NCBI GenBank assembly: GCA_964632485.1
Contig: CAZWDO010000004.1
Location: 248,001 to 282,210 of the forward strand
DNA: 34,210 bases
Direction of reading: 5' to 3'
Source of the DNA: an uncultured bacterium
GTDB lineage: Bacteria > JAGOEH01
Under the pieces are notes generated by a model, which was not told the DNA's origin, searched no databases, and saw only the letters and a program-made list of their open reading frames with translations. The stretch's first letter is position 1. Every line of letters starts with the position of its first letter. The translations under genes were made by a program, and so were the position numbers. Positions 30,001 to 34,210 of the stretch are shown one piece after another.

Positions 30001-30278
30001 TCGCTCTGGAATTATACCAGAATTGCCCGAATCCCTTCAATTTGAATACGATCTTTGAGTATGACATCCCGAAACCAACATTAGTAAAACTGAGTATTTA
30101 TGATATTGAAGGAAAGTGTGTGCGGAAATTAATTAATCAAATTCAATCCCCCGGGAAATATTATATTAAATGGAACGGTCAAGGCGAACACGGCGATAAT
30201 ATCGGAACCGGCATCTATTTTTACCAATTGATGTGTGAAGGAAGAACAATAACCCGTAAAATGCTGATGATTAAATAA
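27078..30278 (+). CDS. Secreted right-handed beta-helix (Pmp-like repeat) protein with Ig/cadherin-like domains and T9SS type A/FlgD-Ig-like C-terminal domain
   Basis: AAGGAG RBS; many FxxN...GG(G/A) repeats; SPCIDAGDP...DMGA cap; YYWRI Ig/FN3-like domain; SINDCP cadherin-like linker; QNCPNPFN...KMLMIK. Confidence 0.85.
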   Translation: MKLAKFSVVDFSKLMRLFVLGSLLMVVSTPFMRTWAANITVTNVAEFQTALDVAALNGANDTIHVAAGIYIPATTLTFSSWENHSLTISGAGMGSTILDGNSAIQLFYLITSESGAHLTLQNMTFRNGSSASDGGALHIETTSAAITIQYSEFADNTAQTLGGGANALSASGVISVDNCVFRRNSGIDDAGGLNAGNSSGLISLTHSLFEENIVPGVHPGVPAKDGGGAILYIDGEGQIVMTGNTFNRNAAADGGGGCMTYLLGSGVTLTIDSNTFTENIAQLDGGGCFTRINDNGTITYNNNSFSGNSTITAGGAGTMIHLNAGILNYSGNTYADNIAGEDGGGAWMWIGEGTMSVTNNTFTDNQTVSNGGGALIANDQGTITLARNTFDSNTAGNVGGGLSYATGNGTLILSHNTYYANHASEGGGIYFYFDLSDAQTTIFNNILRNDIPQAIAMSGATTTTVTYSDIENGSGEDWFGVGCIDEDPLWANPANGNFQLTWSGFPVIDNTKSPCIDAGDPFSPFDPDNTAADMGARYFHQGVLNAFSLTMPPDNSLVTVLTPQLQWNHALATETENVDYSLYYCRNIAFDSAQAVCIPNITTNSYTFSGGLTDTSSYYWRILAKIGSTQRKWSAETWKFSIKTDTIPPVFSNWIKNPNDLTEETAGAFQVQVTITDNGVGLGDSIPKISYKIGNNAYSEWFPLAQLSSSSDRNFSLLTTSTGQWQYDIPEPATGWNSFRGDTLYYRVLSSDAYTNTRTSPEQKEWINRVLRPPLIAELPQIMLDEDIRDTVYFKDWFDYISDNHDADSQLTCALNSANLGLKPITAGYELTPPADWFGLDTMQLIVTNLDNLADTGSILVRVSSINDCPELMNLPDSIYFRQDSACSLKLWDYASDIETPDSLLIYEFNVGNDSIGYNFNPGTGIVQIMSNGFSGHTTWVITVKDDSNATVSDTIALTVYSVTSILENENGKPFALELYQNCPNPFNLNTIFEYDIPKPTLVKLSIYDIEGKCVRKLINQIQSPGKYYIKWNGQGEHGDNIGTGIYFYQLMCEGRTITRKMLMIK

Positions 30279-30294
30279 GCTCTCTAACGGATGA

Positions 30295-30390
30295 TTTGAT
30301 CAGCATCGTGAAATTTATCTTTCCGATGCCCGCCGTGTCAGTCCGGAAAAACTTAAAACGATGCTTCGTTTTCAGGCGCGTAAAATTTAA
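30295..30390 (+). pseudogene. 3' remnant of a GyrI-like small-molecule-binding/cyclopropyl hydrolase family gene (COG4832-like)
   Basis: Frame reads FDQHREIYLSDARRVSPEKLKTMLRFQARKI*, matching the family C-terminal signature H(H/R)EIYLSD.R...PEKLKT.LR. In-frame TGA at 30292-30294 directly upstream; no start codon. Confidence 0.85.
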
Positions 30391-30397
30391 CAGAATC

Positions 30398-30518
30398 CGC
30401 TCATCAGGTCAGGAAATGTTTTGTACTGCGATGAGCGCGGCAACAGATGAATAGGGTCCAATATCGATTCGCCGGTTTCGGTGAATATGGCATGATGCTG
30501 GGAACTTCCTGGTGTCAT
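30398..30518 (+). other. Three consecutive stem-loops
   Basis: CGCTCATC/GATGAGCG (30398-30437); ATTCGCCG/CGGTGAAT (30467-30486); ATGATGCTGGGA/TCCTGGTGTCAT (30492-30518, with G:U pairs). Confidence 0.45.
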
Positions 30519-30625
30519 TGGTTTGCTTGCGGTATTCGGGTCCGATTGTAAAAAAATTATCGCGGTTCTATCTTGTTGGGATCGTTTTAATAAATCCTGA
30601 ATGCAACATTAACAAGGAGCGCTTT

Positions 30626-31111
30626 ATGTCTATGCAACCCAATCTTGAATCCGAATGCTGCCCTCTGTTTGATCCGCTTCCCTGGGATGATACGACCCGT
30701 GTGTGGGAAAACAAAAAATTCATTAAGGACCGGGTTTTTACTATTTTTTATATGCCGATCAATTTTGGGAAAGTCATGATCCGATTAAACCAAAAAATTG
30801 AGGAATGCGGCGCTGCCGTCCCGGATTGGCTGTGTTTATCCGATCATACGTCCCTATGGAACATGGACCTTTATCTGGCCGTAGACAAAGAAGTGCCCGG
30901 AGTAGAAACGGCAATTCTCAGCGGAACGTTTTATAGTAAGGTTTATGAAGGACCTTATAAGGATACCGGGAAATGGTGTAAGGATTTTGAAAAGTTATGC
31001 GAAACTAAACAGTTAAAGATTAAAAAGTGGTATATGTGGTACACAACTTGCCCCAAGTGCGCTAAAAAATATGGAAAAAACTATGTGGTAATTGTGGCCC
31101 AGGTTGACTGA
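30626..31111 (+). CDS. Conserved uncharacterised protein, GyrI-like fold ('bacterial hydrolase' type)
   Basis: AAGGAG at 30614-30619 fixes the start at 30626, not 30512. Motifs ECCPLFDP.PWD, SKVYEGPYK, YTTCPKCAKKYGKNYVV. Confidence 0.8.
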   Translation: MSMQPNLESECCPLFDPLPWDDTTRVWENKKFIKDRVFTIFYMPINFGKVMIRLNQKIEECGAAVPDWLCLSDHTSLWNMDLYLAVDKEVPGVETAILSGTFYSKVYEGPYKDTGKWCKDFEKLCETKQLKIKKWYMWYTTCPKCAKKYGKNYVVIVAQVD

Positions 31112-31142
31112 TGCCGCGGAACTTGCGGTCGGCATTTATTAT
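31111..31142 (+). terminator. Possible intrinsic terminator
   Basis: ATGCCG...CGGCAT stem directly at the stop codon, followed by TTATTAT. Confidence 0.35.
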
Positions 31143-31278
31143 TGCCGGATTGAGACAAGCGTTTGCCGGGTAAGCGGGAGGCCCCTGTTGATCAAGTAAT
31201 GAACTCTAATTCTTTTATTATTCAACTTCTTATGTTATATTGTGCTGACATATCCTCAAAAATTGGAAAGGAAAAAAG

Positions 31279-32724
31279 ATGCCGCATTATGAATTTTTAG
31301 AAACATATCAAAAAAAAAATAGTATCGATATTTTTGAATGCTCTTATGAGTTTTTTTCAAATGAACTGCCGGAGGATTTTGTTGATAATTATGATGTAAT
31401 TGAAATCGTTTGTGATATTCATGAACATTTCGAATCCACCAAAAAGTTTGATAACATGCTAAAATTCAACCAGTTGATTCAGGAGAAGCACTCCGGATTA
31501 TATCAGGAATGCTTTAAATATCTGGACACGGCATTAATTGACTATTATTGCTATTTGAATGACCCTCAGAAAATAGAAATCGCCTTTTCCAATTTTATGA
31601 AGGATCCGCTTAATGATTATGATATGTTTTTATTCTGTTTTAAAAAACTGCTCTATTATCATAAAATCGATCTATTGGATAAAGTGATCCATGAAAAATT
31701 TGAAGAAATAGCTGAATCGGAAGATTTGATTTACAGAGCTGAACTTGATCTGGCAGTTTTTAAATTTTATAATATCCTGGAAACATATTATCTGAAAAGC
31801 CGAAACACCCATAAGTTCAGAAAAAAAGAGTTCTATGCCGCGATTAAGGAATATGAATTTAAGTTTAAGAAAGAAAAGATTTTCGCGATAGCGGACGGCG
31901 CTTTGATGCCGCCGGACACGAAGGAATGTCTGAAAAATTCGTTTAGGGATAATAGAGAAATCTACATGTTCACGTTGATCGTACAGTTTTTAAAATATAT
32001 GCGCGAACGCAATTTTAGCTTTGCGCTCAGCGGAGCGATTCTGGAAAAATATCTGTTATTTTGGGAAAATGGCAAACAGCCTGAAAAAGCGACTCCAGAC
32101 GAGTTTTTTTATGCCGATTCAGCTAATTTTGAAAAATTTCTTTCCAGGAATACAAGATTTAACCTAATTGAAAATAATCCTGAATTGATTGCAATCCTAT
32201 GGGGCGGCGTTTATATCTATGATTTTTTGCAAGCGATCGAGATGATTGGATCGAATGTTTATAACAAATTTATGGAAATCATAAAAATCCAGAAGGGTAT
32301 CGTTATTAATCAATCCATTGGTTGGTTGTGGAAATATGATTTTGTACATAATTGGGTAAAGCCCGATAGCATATCTGATAGTGAGTTTATCGAGGAAGGA
32401 AAGATATTTCGAAAAAGTATCGACTTTAATAATTCGAAATTTACCCGGCAGAGAAAGGAAATATCTGATGAACTATCCAGAATGGGAGAATTGTCCCACT
32501 ATATAATCTCCGGCGGCAGAAAAGTGGAAGGCAAGTCGCTTTTTTCAAATATTGTAAAAGGACTTGAGGATGATTTGGGGATTTCAGAGGCCAGGGAAAT
32601 AAAAAAAATTGATAATAATTGGTTCTCTTATCCCGAAAAAACCGCGGATAAGATCGGGCGCAATGAACCGTGCCCCTGCGGAAGTGGGAAGAAGTATAAA
32701 AAATGTTGCGGGAAACTCAATTGA
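31279..32724 (+). CDS. SEC-C motif-containing protein
   Basis: C-terminal [21 protein letters not shown]; long helical N-terminal region of unknown function; GAAAGGA RBS. Confidence 0.88.
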   Translation: MPHYEFLETYQKKNSIDIFECSYEFFSNELPEDFVDNYDVIEIVCDIHEHFESTKKFDNMLKFNQLIQEKHSGLYQECFKYLDTALIDYYCYLNDPQKIEIAFSNFMKDPLNDYDMFLFCFKKLLYYHKIDLLDKVIHEKFEEIAESEDLIYRAELDLAVFKFYNILETYYLKSRNTHKFRKKEFYAAIKEYEFKFKKEKIFAIADGALMPPDTKECLKNSFRDNREIYMFTLIVQFLKYMRERNFSFALSGAILEKYLLFWENGKQPEKATPDEFFYADSANFEKFLSRNTRFNLIENNPELIAILWGGVYIYDFLQAIEMIGSNVYNKFMEIIKIQKGIVINQSIGWLWKYDFVHNWVKPDSISDSEFIEEGKIFRKSIDFNNSKFTRQRKEISDELSRMGELSHYIISGGRKVEGKSLFSNIVKGLEDDLGISEAREIKKIDNNWFSYPEKTADKIGRNEPCPCGSGKKYKKCCGKLN

Positions 32725-32783
32725 ATAAATCCGGTTTATACCTACAGTTTCGATGTTACTAAAATTATTAACTGGAGAAAATA

Positions 32784-32933
32784 ATGGATTATAATGAAAT
32801 CGTTTTAACAAGCAAATGGTATAGTCGATGCATTGATGCTTTCTATTTGGAACGCATACAACCATATATCGATAAACGTGAAAAACTGGAGAAAAAATAT
32901 TTAAGACAACTTATGAACTGTATAATCAGTTAA
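32784..32933 (+). CDS. Small hypothetical protein (49 aa), possibly frameshifted
   Basis: GGAG at 32774-32777, 6 nt before ATG 32784; MDYNEIVLTSKWYSRCIDAFYLERIQPYIDKREKLEKKYLRQLMNCIIS*. Below the ORF-track cutoff. Confidence 0.45.
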   Translation: MDYNEIVLTSKWYSRCIDAFYLERIQPYIDKREKLEKKYLRQLMNCIIS

Positions 32934-33107
32934 GTAAAACCGTTTCTCGATTGGAAAGCAAATGGAAAAGAAAATCATAAACGGACGTGGAGTGAAGCTG
33001 CCGGACCCCGCCGGATGATTCATTGTATTAGGCGCGGACGGGGAGAGTGGAACGAATCAGGAATTTAATGCGGATAAAATTCGAGAGAGGTAATGACAAA
33101 GATCGGA

Positions 33108-33944
33108 TTAAAACCGGTATGAAAGACGCAATCCACCCCGAGCGGGAGCGATGCGCCATCGACTCGACTGATGTTCCGTCTGGGAATATCGCCGTTTCTC
33201 GCATCCGATCACATAACGGCTGGCTCCGATCCCGAGAACGCTGCCGACCACCACATCGGAAAACCAGTGTTGATTTTGATAAACTCGTAGAATTGCGATC
33301 ATCAATGCCAAAGAATACAGGCCTGCGCTCATATAGCGGTTGTTGAGCCGGTAGCTTAGAATTGTGGAAAGTACAAATGAAGTCGAAGCATGGGAGGATG
33401 GAAAAGATCGAAGTAAAATATCGGTATTAAACCATTTGAAATTCCAGGGGTCTTCGGTTTGATAGGGCCGGATTCTGCCCAATCCACATCGCAATAGTAT
33501 GATCGCGGAACTGGTATAGATCAGGCCTTGGGTGAGCATTCGCCCGGTCAGGCGCAGATCATCGCGTTGGGCAAATAAGCCGATACCGTACATCCCTAAT
33601 GATAAATAAGCGGCATAGTCGATTTGCCCATATTTAGCGATCATATTCGGAAAATGATCGCCAAGCGTCCCTTTGTAATTTCTATCCACCATTTGCCGGA
33701 TCGGCTTGTCCATTGTCATCAACAGCATTGAGGCGCTGATCCCGGTTGCCGCTATCAACCAATCGCGTTGGCTAAAGTTTGCCGGCGACGTGACTAAACC
33801 CCTGGCATCCTGGAATCCAATCATGATATCATTCCAGGCAACGTGGACGACAGACAGTTTTATTTCAGGTGGATGGTGGTTATCCGCGAAACAGATTGGG
33901 GTTCCCCAAAAGAGTATCCATAAAATAACAGGTAATTTTTTCAT
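33108..33944 (-). CDS. PAP2-family phosphatase
   Basis: PAP2 motifs GRIRPY, SFPSSHAS, RVYQNQHWFSDVVVG. Start MKKLPVILW at 33944 gives a signal peptide and is preferred to 34025. Confidence 0.9.
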   Translation of the reverse strand: MKKLPVILWILFWGTPICFADNHHPPEIKLSVVHVAWNDIMIGFQDARGLVTSPANFSQRDWLIAATGISASMLLMTMDKPIRQMVDRNYKGTLGDHFPNMIAKYGQIDYAAYLSLGMYGIGLFAQRDDLRLTGRMLTQGLIYTSSAIILLRCGLGRIRPYQTEDPWNFKWFNTDILLRSFPSSHASTSFVLSTILSYRLNNRYMSAGLYSLALMIAILRVYQNQHWFSDVVVGSVLGIGASRYVIGCEKRRYSQTEHQSSRWRIAPARGGLRLSYRF

Positions 33945-34210
33945 TAAAATAGATCCGCCTTTTTCCAAATATATGCTCTTTAGAGCTAAAGTCAACACAA
34001 TAGTTGTAAACCGATTAAATTTCAAATCGTGTTAATGCATAATATGTCTTTTCTTCCCCAACCGCTGTTTTAAAGAACACTGCTGGACGCGGAGCATGTT
34101 GGCGGGGAGCTGATCTGATAATTGAAAGGAATGAAAATGGATGCGCTCGAATTAGTAAATTCAGAGAACCTGAACTCTTGGAAATTAATTTGACACCAAT
34201 TTGTAAACCA

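Noticed and set aside
30398..30437. SRP (4.5S) RNA because of CAGGTCAGG in a hairpin
   Set aside because: The GGAA loop and AGCAG of helix 8 are missing.
8570..30483. CCGGWWTCGGYG mini-hairpin in three spacers (8570, 14862, 30472)
   Set aside because: CCGG is very common throughout this sequence, including coding DNA, so chance recurrence is likely.
171..32933. Integron cassette array explaining the co-oriented unrelated genes
   Set aside because: No recurring RYYYAAC...GTTRRRY attC pairs in the spacers, no integrase, and many genes are much larger than typical cassettes.
33047..34035. + strand ORFs 33047-33346 and 33706-34035, and the many other short antisense or nested ORFs in the track
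   Set aside because: They overlap well-supported genes, have no recognisable motifs, and are expected shadow frames.
34043..34210. Open + frame running off the window end (...RISKFREPELLEINLTPICKP)
   Set aside because: No start codon or RBS in frame and no confident family match; cannot be judged without downstream sequence.
1..34210. CRISPR array, tRNA, rRNA, IS element or selenocysteine read-through
   Set aside because: No spaced direct repeats, cloverleaf, transposase motif or in-frame TGA splitting a recognisable domain was seen.

Overview
The window holds about 20 protein-coding genes of unrelated, mostly accessory function; 19 lie on the + strand and a final PAP2-family gene lies on the - strand. 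Five secreted proteins end in a T9SS-type-A/FlgD-Ig-like C-terminal domain (xxPNPF...IY...G...G.Y...K). A DUF5686-type outer-membrane protein is present, and clear Shine-Dalgarno sites precede many genes. Together these point, by inference, to a non-Bacteroidota FCB-group bacterium (KSB1/Calditrichota/Marinimicrobia-like). Signalling genes are a GAF + Cys-rich module protein, an NMT1/THI5-sensor hybrid kinase with a degenerate first receiver, and a translationally coupled FIST + hybrid kinase pair (NosP/NahK-like). There is also a coupled Fe-S/FAD oxidoreductase + fatty-acyl-reductase-like SDR pair of unknown pathway. Several intergenic spacers are recognisable remnants of deleted genes that the ORF track misses: a histidine kinase fragment overlapping a stop codon, a broken secretion C-terminal domain, and the tail of a GyrI-like gene. 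I found no rRNA, tRNA, CRISPR array, transposase, integrase or convincing riboswitch. I cannot claim a proven new system; the best candidates are the Fe-S/FAD + reductase pair and the deletion-scar architecture.
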